A DNA stretch of 64,000 bases, taken from positions 7,254,001 through 7,318,000 of the forward strand of contig OZ059896.1 of assembly GCA_964057225.1 (NCBI GenBank), given 5' to 3'. Within the stretch, counting starts at the first letter, position 1; the number at the start of each line of letters is the position of its first letter. Below, piece by piece: positions 29,701-43,712 of the stretch. The translations under genes and the position numbers were made by a program. The notes below the pieces were generated by a model that made no database searches, was not told the origin of the DNA, and saw nothing but the letters and a program-made list of their open reading frames with translations. Origin of the DNA: Auanema rhodensis. Lineage: Eukaryota > Animalia > Nematoda.

Positions 29701-32700
29701 TCTGTGTTTGGATGATGATGAGAACCCTTCTTGGAGAGATTTTCTTCCATCCTTTCTATTTTTATTCAAACTTCCACACAAATATATATATATATATATT
29801 CTTTAAAGCAATATGATATTTTCAAAATACATATGTGTTAAGTGAACCACGAGTTAAAGCTCAGCTGAGTTATGTCCCCGGTCACAGCTCTCCATAACAT
29901 CTGCCATTCAATTAATGAATCTTTTAAGCTTTTAACTCATCAATTGATTAATTTACTAAGTTATGATAGGCATATGAAAAGAATTATATAATAATTCATA
30001 TAGTTATGTATTCTCCCTTTGCCCCTCCTCCTCTCCCTATATCTCTCTTTCCTTCTAACATTACGTTACACGAATATTTACATATATATATATAGTATAA
30101 TATATAATACTTTGAGTATTTTCATCATAGTTCTAAGCTTTTTTCTAAAAAAAAACAGAGTAAGGTAATGCGTTCGAATACGGATACTTACAAGCACTGT
30201 TGATCTAATATCTGCATATCTTGCAAACTTATTGAAATCTATCATGATGACGTCATTTAAAACAAGCACATATTATGTAAGCTGTGTTGTTATTCCAACT
30301 ATTTCTGAATATGAAAAAAGACAGCCAACAACTATTAAGCGTGGGCTGGAGAAAAAAAAAGAATGAGAGAAGACACATAATGACTAGGGATAGATGAAGT
30401 CATGGTGAGAGGACATAAACTGTTAGATGGCATTAACCACCTTCTCATTCAAGCAGCCTCAACATAGATCATTCTGACCATTATGACATAGTTGAAATGA
30501 ATATTATTGTCCAGAAAAAACATATTAATTTAATGATCAAATGCAAATATATTTACATATGTACATGTATATATGTGGGTGTAGATGTATATATGCAGAT
30601 GTGCTTCCAATAAAACAGTGAAAAAATGACGACGACAACTATGATGATGATGCTTTGATCAAGATGTTCATGTAAGTTGAAATGACATGATTGTTTTTGT
30701 CAATGACGTGAAATCACATGTAGCAATGTTAGAAAGAAACATACATACATTTCTTACATTTATGTCAACTATAGCAACGATAACGTTGATGTGTGTGAAA
30801 AAAAAAGTTGATGAAATCATTAGCGATGTTTCATCTTTGATATGCGCGGAAGAAAGAAATTAGAGAAATGCAGGAATTTGAAGTAATTTCTTGATGTGAT
30901 AGAACATCACTAGTTCAATTGATGCGCTAAAAATGGTCACCTCAATTCAGACTTGTGCTGAATAGTGACGAAAACGATACAGACCCGGACTTTCTGGCAA
31001 ACACTGACTTGAAATGAGATGGATAGATGCGAACGTGACGTCGTTCGCTGAAGACTAGTTCGAGGGCGGCAACACTAAATCGTTTCAAATGTAGCATTCT
31101 GCGTCATCAACGTCATGATGCTGAAGAAAATAAGTATTAAACGGTGATTAGCATCCCCCACCACCCACACTGTGTTCTTCTAAACATGCTTTTAAGAGCA
31201 TTATTTTCTTTGTAGTGATAGCTGTCCTCGACATATCAGTTTTGCATGTTATTAATGCAATTGATGCATTCATCTGAAAATGACATCGCTATAGATGATC
31301 TTGGTACCAGTGTGCTACTGCTGATGTCAACGAAGTCGATATGGGTGGTTTCCTAATTTGAAAACCAGACATCATCATCATATCTCTGCAAATTCCTTTT
31401 CAAGCATTCGACAGTTTCGAACTGACGCTCATCTCTGAAAAAGATTGGCGTCTCGTTGATTCGAAGCCGCTAATGCAATGACAATATTAATTGTTGTCAT
31501 CCGTTTGACGATCAGTTATCTGGCCAAGACATACTGACTTCACAACGACTAACCCAACAAAACAGTTATTTTCACTTTTTCTTCAAAAACGAAAAACGGA
31601 AGAAGACTGAACAACTGATATGGCCTTTATGTCCTCGTCCACATCGCCGTCATCTAACGGCCTTCCATCAAAAAGATCATCGTTCCAGTAAATTCCATGC
31701 ATTCCAGCTCTCATTTCGTCGTGATTCGTGTGCTTGTGTCAATTTGCCGCAACTAGGTCTGTCGCAGCTCAAGGGTCAGTCAGAGCGATCGGACATACAG
31801 TTCGAATGACACCAAGGAGCATAACATCTTTCCACTTTTTCATCTCTCGCACGTCAATACGTTGTCAGAAATCGTCTATAATCGTTTTCCAGTTTCGATA
31901 GGCGGAAATGAAGGTGCTCCCCCGTTCATTGGAACAGACAACGTCTTAGCCCAGCACAACAAATTTATTATCTGCGCTCGAACGCGCATACTTCTCATAC
32001 CAGCAAATCCAAGGTCGACAACCCTTATATTCAGAAACCGTCTCTTCATTGTACGCTCTCTACACCAAATTTTCTTCTTGAAAAACCCCACCCTTTCTAC
32101 TTCTACAACCCCCCCCCGTACATCGTCCTAACGAACCGTTTCTAATAACTTCCGCTGTCTTTGTTGTACAGCTTATTGATCAGCTTTGTCATTTTCATCG
32201 TCACCCGAATAGTTAGACTCGACTGATTTGAACAGCAGCAGCACAGCCAAATCACGCCAAGACAATCAACAAAAAAAGAACAGTGCTCTCGAATAGAACA
32301 CGTGCCTACCGTACACATCCAGTTTCTGCTGCTGTTGCAGCACCCCCAATCGTCAAATTCTACACTTGGTTGACAGGCTAAGAAAACATTTAATCACTAT
32401 TTTATTCTATTTTTTAAAGATTTTTTTGAATCTTTCGTTATTGAATTCGTTGAATATCTTTATGTTCATTGCTCTTTCTATATACATACAGCTTGAATTG
32501 ATGCAAACCGTTCCCTAATACATAGTTTACCGGACACACACTGACACGCAAAACATGAATCGCTGAACTAGACAAAACTCTAAACTAATTTTTTTCTAAT
32601 TTTCTTAATTTCTTAGTCCCTATATATCATATTCAGTCTTATAACACAGAGTGGCGTATTATACATATAGGTATATGTGCAGCTAAGCAGTCCCTTCATC

Positions 32701-35700
32701 GATATCAGTTTCGGAAAAACGGTGACATGATGTCATCGGAAGTGTCTGTAACATATGCTCGTTTGAGTACAGCTGATAGCTATTTCACTTTTCGTCATTT
32801 CTTGTATCATTGCTGACTTTCGCGTATTCTACTCTTCCTTCCCACCTATCTTCTCTTCTTTTCTCTCCCGTCATGAATCACTTTTCTGGATACTCTGCAA
32901 CTTTTCATCCGCATATCTATTTACGTATGTTCCACGTGATACATACAGATATTCCTGTGTTATATAATTTCAAACAGCGTAGCTAAGGATGTATTTCTCT
33001 CTCTCCCTCTCTCCCTCTCTCCCCCTCTCTCTCTCTATTCCATACCGTTTCTTTGCTATCTCAACTTCTCGAGGTGTTTATCACTACTCTCTTCATATCT
33101 ACCGCTTTCTCTTTCCATTAGAAACTCGTCGTATCGCGCCTTGTTCACGTGTTATTTGAATGCCTTATCAGTATCAAAACGAATGTACATGTGTATAAAC
33201 CATGTACATACATATGCGTTCTCTCACATATGTAACATGCCGAGGAACACCTCTGATTAAAAAAACTGAAAGAGCTTAAACTTGAAACGGACTCTGTGCT
33301 TTAGGCATTTGGCGTATACTAAGGTTGTCCTCAAAATAACTTTTCTCTTTTTTTTTATCATAAACAACACAGAAAGAACAAAGAACATAGAATTCTGAAT
33401 TCCCTAACGTCCCCTGAAGCCACTAGCAGTTTGCCAATTAAATGACAGATTCTTATGGAAACAGTTATTTCTATCAATCTTTCATTTTACTCTCCGAACA
33501 CAACCCCCCACCACGTTGGTCGTCACAGTTCTCTCTCTCTTTTTCTCACGTCTTCCTGTACTCTCTACTTTACCTAGTATTTTGCCTAGTTTTCTTGATT
33601 TCCTGTGTTTCATTTCTTTTTCATTTCAATCTTATGGTCATTCGTTTTTGATATCAATTTTTATTTTCATTTCCCAGCGTTTGTTAACACTCTCTCAACC
33701 TTTCAACAACCAGTCAATTGTCCTTCTTCTTTCTTAGTCTTTTCAAAATTTTTTTCCAATAAGTAATATATATATACATAAAATGTGTATTCTCTTCTTT
33801 ATTTCTACTATCTGGTATATTTGGGTCCATATAGATTGATAAGAATTGATAGCATGTGCAGCATATCACACACACACATACACACACATACACAAAGCAC
33901 ACACATACATACTCACATATATCAGTAAGATCGTTGAAGCGCTAGGACTCTCGGGGAATGCCCATAGCACTCTTTTTGCTCTCTTTCTCTTCTTATCTTT
34001 TCCTCTCTTCATCTCTCTCTCTCTCTTTATCTCCGCTTTATTCTCTCATGTTCTTTCAGTTACATTTGAGATATGAATCGGATGATTCGTTAGATAGGTA
34101 GGAGAGTCGCTGTGCTCTTTGAGCCCTTCAATACACCTTTTGACACTTTTTCATCTTTAATGTTTTCTTCTTCTCATTCCTCGTATCAATCACCAGAAAT
34201 CCTAGCATTCAATGAAGACATCACATTGTTTCTTTATAGTATTCTCAGTTAATTTGATCAAGAAACAACCCAGTAACTAATATTTATTTTCAAACGTTTT
34301 TCTTGCTTTCATAATCACCCTTCGAACTTAAACATGTTTTCACTCCTTTTTTTTCGCTTATAAACTAGCCGTCTCACCTATCAAACCAGCGTCAAATCAA
34401 AATTTCAGAAACGCTGCTTTGACTTTTTGCCAAAAATTGTTCAGAAAACTAGAAAACTTCTGCTGTTTACATACTTAAATATGTTTTACACTTTTAGAAC
34501 TATATAATTAATTCATAAAATAAAATTAATCAATAATTAGTTTTATTATTCTTACATTATACTACTAACTATATGTATAGTTGAAGTTGAAAGCTATTAA
34601 TTCACTTACTATCATCATTAAGAAACTGCAGTTTTAATATTGTTTTTCTAATTGTTTCACTTTTTTTAAACTTTATCTATTCTTTTCGTTTTTTCTTAAT
34701 TTTCTATGTCTCCCTCAGTCCTATTATTTCAATTGTATATTATTGAGTACACATATGTTGTTCTCAACAATATTCCAACTTGTTATCAAACTAAGAAAAA
34801 CTCTAAGCTCATAACACTTAGAGCATAAGCAGGCCATGTGCTAATGGCTAATAGTGCATTTGAACTTATTTTATTCTTTGACCTAGAGCTACATATATTT
34901 GCTTATTTATGTGACGTAATCTATATATATACAACACGAGGTGTTATAATATCACTAAAAAACCATTATAAATATAGTTAATAAGGATTAATATTGTTAT
35001 TCCAATAAATATATGAAAGAGAATTCCAGTCATCAGAGCAACCCTTATCCTCATCATCATAACATCATCATCATCATCATCATCATTATACTCTTCTACC
35101 CGAAATCAGAATGAAATAGCATTATTATGATTGCAATAGAATTTTGATGAGAAAAGCAAGCTGTGATTTAACCACGTGGCCAGCTTAGCTAACAGACATA
35201 TACATACACATCCCACATACCTTATACATACATTGTTGCCCTTTTGAGGATTGCTTTGGCAACTTGCCGATTGGTTTTGAATTTCATCTGTTCCCATTCA
35301 ATTCAACATGCAAACGTTACTCTATATCTGATTATTTTTGTTTGCAATTATACAACTATATACATATAATTTATCTGAGAAAGGTGTTTATTGTATGAAC
35401 AGGAAGTGCTTGGCACGTGGATGTGATTGTTACATGCAAAAAGCTGCGTGAGTAATACACTTCACAATGAGTTCATTTGTAAATAATTGTAAGCTTAGTG
35501 CGGTTGCATCTTATTTCATCGTCTTTCTTATTCACTCCGTTTTACTATATCTATGTATATGCTTATATACGATACTAATTTATGTTTTCTCTCTTCTCAT
35601 CAACCTATTTCTCATTCATTCTAAATCATTCTTAGCTTGTGCTTTGTTTTTCTGATAATCTCTTGCTGACTATATTCATTTTATATTTCTTTCATAGCAT

Positions 35701-37356
35701 CCGCAACAGTACATTCAGGATGAAAATGAGAGAAAACGTAACAACAAGCAAAGTAAAAAAAGAATGAGATCAATCTAATGTTGCTCACGAGATCTCCCTT
35801 GAATTGATGACGATGACTCGTCAACTAACAAAGAAAGATTTTGTGAGACAAGAGGAGAGAGATAAAGGATGAAAGCTTTAATATGAGAGAGAAAAAGAAC
35901 AGAATGAGAGAGATATGTAGTGAACACAGTAGCAAAGTAAGAAGAAAAAGAGGGAACAGTGGAACGGCAAAAAAAAAACGAAACAGCAACGTTACATATA
36001 GACACAGATCCAACGCGACCATTATGACGATGACAACGACATCATCGTTTATTTCGCCAATGCTCTTCGTGTGTATGAGCACAACTAGTATGTGTATCAC
36101 ATGGACAACACATGATGTTCCATGAATATACTCATAGCTTGATCTGCGTTGTTATGACTGACGAGTGTCGTCTAGTAGTGCGGATAGAAGTACTGCATGC
36201 AGCTGATCCACATGAACATCGAACCTCAATGTCTCTTCGCATTTTTTAATTAGTTAGAATATAAATTGTTTTTTTTTCTAATTATATCCTATTAACATTT
36301 CATCATTTGTCAGATATTGACCCTTGTTAGATCTTTAACTTCTCTTTACGTTTTTCATTTGACGAAAAATTTCGTGTTCCTCCATCACACCGCTTTCTAT
36401 TTTTCTCTGCTCTCTAAATGACTTTAGTAGTTTGAAGACGGAGATGGATCAAGTCCATGTGGAAAACAACTCGGCTAAGACAATGACAATGCAAAACGCC
36501 AAATCCATGAGTCTGAATCATCCACAGACGTCATCTTCATTTTCCTTTTAAATCATATCCAGCTTTTTCCTTCATCATCTCTTGTTGTCTTTCTGTCTTG
36601 TCCACCATAACGACCACTACCATTATCATTTTCTTCACCAAGACCACACAATGTACAATTTGTCCTCCTTCTCCTCCTTCTTTCTTTCTTTTCTTCCTAC
36701 ATTCTTTCACATTTCCTTTTCTTACTATAAACAGAGTATGCAACAACTATTCGCTAGCTTTTGCATTTCATAATATCACTTGATTAATATCTGAAACATG
36801 CGAGGAATTCATGGAATCCAGCTACTGTTTCCCATATACTTAAGTTTTTTTTTGTTGCTACACCCACTAGCACTATTGCTCTCCGATTATTTCTCTCTCA
36901 TAACCCCTTCCCCCATCTCTCTGTCGCTCACTCACGTTCTCATGTTTTCTTTTATATCTTTACGCTTCATTTTTAACTTTTGTCCTTTGTCCCCCCCCCC
37001 ATCAAACTACTTGACAGAATAGTCAACGTTTATCATATGATGTTGAAAAATCATATAAATATATAAATAAAAGTATATTCTTTTCTATAAATTAAACCTG
37101 ATATATCCAACGAAGACCCCTCCCCCCCTTTCTTTCTTTTTCTTTCTTGCCTTACCTCACCATTTCTCATTCGTTGTACTCCCTTCCTCTGATGTTTTTT
37201 ACTTTCCTTCTGTCTTTTTTCTTTAAATACTTGCAAAATTCTCTCTTTCTCTCTACCGCTCTCTCGCAGACATACACGTCGACTTTCCGTCATTCTTGCA
37301 ATCATACACATCCGGCTATATATGGGGGGTGCTAGTTAGCTGTTTTTCTCTTCATC

Positions 37357-37758
37357 GTGTCAGCTAGCTATCCCACTCGCGCTTCTCATCCCTCCTTTAC
37401 TCTCTTCGTAATCTGCCTGTTTTGCCATGTCGTCATCATCCCGTTTTGGCTCTTGATAAACACCCCAAAAATTTTTCCTTCGAAGATAAAGAAACGAAAA
37501 AATCCATCGTCCGCAAACTCTATCGCCTCTAATCTAACACGTACCTTTATTAACTTACCTATATTAAGCTTATTTGTTTTGTTGATTGGTACAACATTTT
37601 GGTTTTTGAGACGTAAAAGGAGAAACAAAAATTGGATCAACAAAAGATTAAATGAGCAAGTAAAAAAGCGTAGTCTGAGATTCGATAGTATTGTTAAGGA
37701 AGACACTTCAGTTTATGTTCAAATTGCTGACAAACCATTCATTCCCTTCTGGCTATAG
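37357..37758 (+). CDS. Candidate single-pass membrane protein ORF or terminal exon (no in-frame ATG)
   Basis: 133-codon open frame. The hydrophobic stretch FINLPILSLFVLLIGTTFWFL is followed at once by RRKRR and a hydrophilic tail. Possible acceptor TTTTCCTTCGAAG ends at 37485; TATATA near 37317. Confidence 0.3.
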   Translation: MSASYPTRASHPSFTLFVICLFCHVVIIPFWLLINTPKIFPSKIKKRKNPSSANSIASNLTRTFINLPILSLFVLLIGTTFWFLRRKRRNKNWINKRLNEQVKKRSLRFDSIVKEDTSVYVQIADKPFIPFWL

Positions 37759-40700
37759 CGGCTGTTGCTTTTGCCAAAGGCAACTGAACAACTGTGAATC
37801 TGTGAAGGACCAGAATAATATCTAAAGAAAAAAAAGAAGAGATTTAGAGATATAAAGAAGTACATAGATATATAGTTTTTTCGTATTCAACAAGGGGACA
37901 AGAGAAAAAAACTTGAAAGAAATTGAGACAGTCAACTGGAAAAAAGAGAAAAAGCTACAAAATGCTTGAATCTGTCGAGCTATGTTGTTGTCGAGTGACC
38001 ACAACAAGCATGACCACAAGTTGAAAAGAAAGCTTGTAATAGCTTAAGTATTTTGGTCAGCAGCAGCGACAACAGCAGCAGCAGAAGCAGCAGTAGTTGT
38101 AGTTACTGCAGCTTTTTGAACACAACAACTGATTGGAATTATATTCATAGATAAATCGAAAAAAATATTCAAGCTTTCTTTTCTAGCTTTATTATAATCT
38201 TACCTTCAAATATGCTTTATATCGTTCATTATTATTAGCTATCCTACAGCTTATAAATGTTATATTTCATATTCAATCACCAAGTATTATGAATGTAGTA
38301 AACAAGATTCAAAGAGATACTTGATTTTCGTACTAATTTTTTAAGATGTCCACTTCTATTTGAAGCAAAAAGTGACCATCTAACATAGCAACAACAGTAG
38401 CCAAAACGTATCGAAAGCAATACTGAAAATTCCCTCTTCTCTTGAACTGAAACTCTCTGATCCTTTTTTCCTTTTCTCTCATATTTCGACAATTCATTTC
38501 AATATCTGGCTTCCCACCCATTGATAAGTACATACACCAAGAGAGACTTGCTTTGTAAACGATTTTGGAGCAGTAGAAGCCATATGTGAGAATTTTCTCC
38601 TGATTTCTTTAAACGAACAAAGAATTGATTGACAAACATGTTCATACAGAATATTACTGACTATATGTACATATATTTATATGAGCTTGATGAATTGCAT
38701 GAGATTAAAACGATTTAAAAAGAGCAAATTTAATATTTTGAACGTTCAAATAGCAGAGCAGCACATTGGAAACAATAGGCTTATTGACCTTTCATAGCAT
38801 TTTGTGCGTTCGTTCAAATTCTTGTGTTGCCGATTTCGAAATAATTTCACTAGATGAGGTTTTTTGATGCAATTTAGACTAACCTGACGGTTCCTCTCGT
38901 CATCATGTAGTATAAAAGGTGAGAACAGTAGTCATATCTGTTTATATATATACATGTGTATACGAAAATCTTAATTGAGGTCTACTTTTTGCTGGTTCTG
39001 CTATTTTTCTTAGAAAATTGAAAGAGAAAAGGGGTGAGACTTTAATTAGTATTTACATCAACCAGTTTCCATTGTTTTTTTTAGAAAAAAATATTGCCTT
39101 TGTCTTCTATATATTATTTCATATTTCCTTAGTTATTCATTTCACTATCCTATTCAAAATAATTAAATAGTTATGCAGAAAAATTTTGAAAAAAAATATA
39201 TTATAAGATATAAATCATTATTTGATATAGTCATTCATCAACCCTTTAAATAATTTTTTTCTACTATTCTTTTCTTATAAAGTGATTTCTAACTGTTGTT
39301 TATCCCATGGCCAACAAAGAAAGTGCACGCAACACGTGATGCCACGTACTCTTCACGTGCCCTTGCATCGTTCATTTTTGAAAACTCTTTACCGGAAATC
39401 GGTCGTGCGTTGTCATTTAATCCACTTCTCTATTCCTCAAACGGTTGTTTTCCTGAAAATATTCTCAATTTCTTTATGAAATCTTACAATTCAATATAAA
39501 TCAGCAAATAGGCTTTTTTTCTCGAAACGAATGAAAGGTTTGGACTTGCTTATGTTAGGTACGTACTCTAACTTTTTTTTGTTTATATTTATAATTTTCT
39601 TATTTGTTGCTTATATTTACTATATTTTTTTTCATAGCTAAAGGTCAATATATTTCTATTTTGATCTTTCCTTATAAGCACTACCTAACGAAAAGATTTT
39701 TTTTGTCTGTCGTCGAAGCTGTTCAGCTTCTTTCGAATTCGGTAGTGCTTTTTAAAATTTCTACTATCCTATAGCTTATGTTTTGCTATTTTTTTTTGGT
39801 CTTTGCCTTTTCTTCTCTTTTTGCTCTTGATAATTTTCGAACTACATCTCTAAAGCCTCATGCAATGCCCACTATCTTCATGTCCTATCTGTCGTGTTCA
39901 TATACTAAGGAAAAACATAAGAGAAAATATCCACTTGCAACATTTCAGAGGATACTCTTGCTTGTTCTTTTTGTGAGAACACGCTCTCTTTCTTCTGTTC
40001 GTCAACCTCTCAGATTATCCAACTAATACATGACGGTTAACAAACATAGCTTTTACGTCATTAGCGCTAGTTTCACGACAAATTCCGATGACCTCTCGAG
40101 CAGTTCTTTGCACTTCAAGCTCAATTTTCTTGTATCGTTTTGCAATAGTTCATTCCTTTGTGCTCTTCTCCATCTCTTTCACCCTTTCTCAATTGTTCCT
40201 TTTTTATGTTTTGCTTACAGCATATGATGGTTGGTTTGTTGCGTTTTCCATAACCAGATTTATTTTCGATCGTTCCGATTCATTCAATCAGTACTCCCTG
40301 TCTCGTTTCATGATGTCTTATTTAACTTGCCCTACCATCCATCTCTAGACGCTCATTATTTACTGTTTTTCATCAGTTAACAATTTAAAATAGCTTTTCT
40401 CAGCATGGTTCAATATCATGCTTATTAACTTTTTTATCTCGTGTTTCTTCTGGTTCAAACCATCTACGTATATGTTGATTCCATAAATGTTGCACAATTC
40501 AGACTGTATCACAGCATTCTTTCGCAATGACGGAGATCACGCCTAATCAAGTAGATCAGTGCATCACTATTTCGCAGCATTACCGTTCAAAACATTGGAA
40601 GCCCTTGATAGTAATGAGAATTTTATAATGTTCATAATTCTCTTTTCATCTATATCATTATTCTTACTTCCTCACACATATGTAAAAGTCATCGAATGAA

Positions 40701-43700
40701 CCACAGTATAAAAGAGTTATGAGTCTTTTACTACTAGCTGCATCTGTTTCTTCCGTTAAAATCTCAATCCACGACATGTGGCTGACTTTTCATTCAGCTA
40801 CTTTCTCGTAATATTGCCTCACTCAATGACCAACAAAATGCTTTGCTCTCTTCTCATATCTGATGCTGCTATTCATTATTATTATATAATAATACAATGG
40901 TGTATCTGTACCAACTAATTCGTATTTTTACAAAATAGTAGTGTCATGTAATTTTTCTAATCATGTATATACACGTATTGCTATCATGTCCTCTTTACTG
41001 CATTGTATTTACAGCTTTCCCTGACTCTGGGGCCAACAGTCAACTGAGCTTATCAGTAACTTTTATAATATCAAATAATATACTGTAAGGCACTTCTAGC
41101 TTCTAATACAACTGGTCTAGATCATCTTGAAATGTTTCTAACACTTACCGTTCTGTTATTTGTCAAATAGGCCAAAAAGGACAGAAAAAAATGTGTCATC
41201 ATCTTGACCGCTAAGAACCGGCTGGCTCAGCTGTTCGAAATGCTCTTTCTCACGTTTTTCGTTGCTGTAATGACTTGCAACATTCGGCAGAAAAAAGCAA
41301 AATTTCGTAGTTTCCTGTGGAGACCACGAGGATGGCGTAAATGTACAGGTGATGACGACGATTTGTATATAGTCTAATCTACCTTGGTAACTGAGATTTT
41401 TTTTGTTTGAAAAAATGATTTAAAAACGTCATATGTTAGGGGAGGGGGAGAAATGAAGAAAAAGAGTTGCATTGTTTATTTAGTCTAAAAAAAATATGTC
41501 CTTTTCTTCGTTGTCATCGTCTCAAATCAGAGAGTGCATCGAATACCAAATACTTCAAGACGGCGACGATTATGAAAACGAGAAAGACAACACGCACTTT
41601 TTACTAGATCCAGTTCATTTTATCTAATGAAAATTGGTATAGTCAGCTGCTCTATTGTCACCCTCATTTTCTGCTCCTCCCCTTTATCAGTGCTTGCTCC
41701 TTAATCATTATAGCCTTAGCTTTGTTTCATTTGTAATATAGTTCCGTTCTATTCCTAGGATACTATCATTCCATCTTTGTGTCTCTCTCTCCCTTTCTTT
41801 TTATCTTTTTGGTTTTGTAACTCAGCCACGCCTTATACTATAACTCCTCCCCCTATTTTGACCTCATACGGCCTATAATCAGATGTGCGAGCCCAGCTGC
41901 CGAATTGCAACACTGTTTGCAACAGCAGCTTCCGCTCTTTTTATGCAACCCGTTTCTCTTCAATTTCACACTATCTTTTAAATATTTTTTGCTTCCGCTC
42001 ATTTAGTTTGTTCCTGTTCGCACTATGATATATGTTAAGAAGGTGAGCATCTTCTGTTGATGTATGTGGCCGAGCTCATACGCTTAGAGTATCTTATTCC
42101 ACTCTCATCTTCCTGCTGTTCTCATTTCACATTAGTTTGCCTATCGTTTCCCGCTTCTCCAATACAGATTGGCGGTTTTCTTCTAATCTCTCGTTCCCTA
42201 TCTCGTTTTGACTCCTTGCTATCTTTATATCACTTTTCTCGTCGTTCTATCTCTCTTTAGCTACTGCTGGTAGTAGTGGCTTTTGCTTCATAGTATCTTC
42301 TCTGGGTCCAAGGTAAATGCCAACTGTTTACCGATCAATGTTCATTTTGTATGTTCTTTACAACCAGAGGTTTTTGCCCAAGCCATTTCATTGGGGATAG
42401 CCCAGGTCAACTGCCCAGGAACTGTTCGCAGTCATCAGCTTGCTTCGGATCTTTCTTTGCGGTCAAGGTTCATATCATTTATGCATACTTATCTTTCTGA
42501 TCGGCGTTCAGTTTTACAAATTAATCTATATTTGATTTTTTTATATTCTCTAATCATTTTATGTATTTATTCCAACAAAGGTTATGTGTGTAATTTGAGA
42601 ATAATAGACTCGAGAACATCCCGATCATCATCACCCGCCTTGCACAAATCATGATCTAATCAGCTGAAGAAATGCCCTTCGTTGCCCTGGAGTTCTAGGA
42701 AATGCCATTTATCTCTTATAAATGCCTCATCCGGTTACCCATGGTTGTCTACCGCATAAAGTGCATTCCCCTTATTGTCACTAGCGTCGAATTCCCACGA
42801 TGGATAGCCTGACCATTTAGCCACTGGTTACGTTGTGACGCGCCGACAGTGATGACAGGCGTTTTGCCCCCGGTACTGCCTGTGCGCCATTCAAGTGAGC
42901 TCATAGCCTATTGGCCTATTCGTTTTTCTATCCCCAATGACTCCTTCGACTCAATGAGTTTAGCTATGTTCTCAAGCTCTATCTAGCAGCTGTTCCTTGT
43001 TCGTTTCCATCACTTATACAGTATTTTCTGGACAGCACCAGTATTTGCCGCCCTCTCCCTCCTTTACGAAAGCGAAGGTCGTTTCTGCACCCTCTACTCT
43101 CTTGTTTGTCTGCCTGTCCTCCTTTCTCTGGCGCTCTCTTCAACGCGTGATCCCTCGTTGTCTCACATGGGTTGGCGCAGTGCCAGGCCACGCCTCTCCG
43201 CTCTCTTAGTGCTACTATGTGCTTTCCCCCATCGTCTTTTATACTCTTCATGGGGGGTCCTGTCGTCGTTGTCTTCTATTTTTTTTATTATAAAATTATT
43301 TTCTAATATCTATTCAACAGTTTTACAGTTTATTCTTATTTTACAACTTTCTTAAACCTTTTTTTTAATTTTTCTCATTGGAGATATGCCAGGATGGGCG
43401 TGGTTGCAAGGGGCGTGACTGATTTTGTGGTTACCCCATGACGTGTGTATGTATGTCCCACCCGCCTCCCGCCCATTCTTTTCTAACTCTGTTCCGTTGT
43501 CAGTGCGGACAATATTTAACATTTTAAATTTTCTTTAATAATTTAATTGCATTGTTTATATATTCCGTTATTTCTTCCCGTGTTTGATTTTGTTCTAGCT
43601 TTTATATGCGATATTATCTTGAATATTTTTCAGTTACTGAAAGTCAAGTTTGCGTTTAAGGAATTTTAAGAAATTCTTGTTCGCAACTCGCTTAATAGTT

Positions 43701-43712
43701 TGGTTTCGGTGT

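Noticed and set aside
31876-32091. Minus-strand ORF containing IRVVDLGFA, reminiscent of a kinase DFG segment
   Set aside because: No HRD or other kinase subdomains at suitable spacing and no supporting splice sites.
11040-37335. Many 60-150 aa ORFs rich in F/L/S/I or R/E/K (e.g. 13528, 24930, 28931, 33442, 36537)
   Set aside because: They are translations of (CT)n/(GA)n and poly-T tracts, with no motifs or coherent splice structure.
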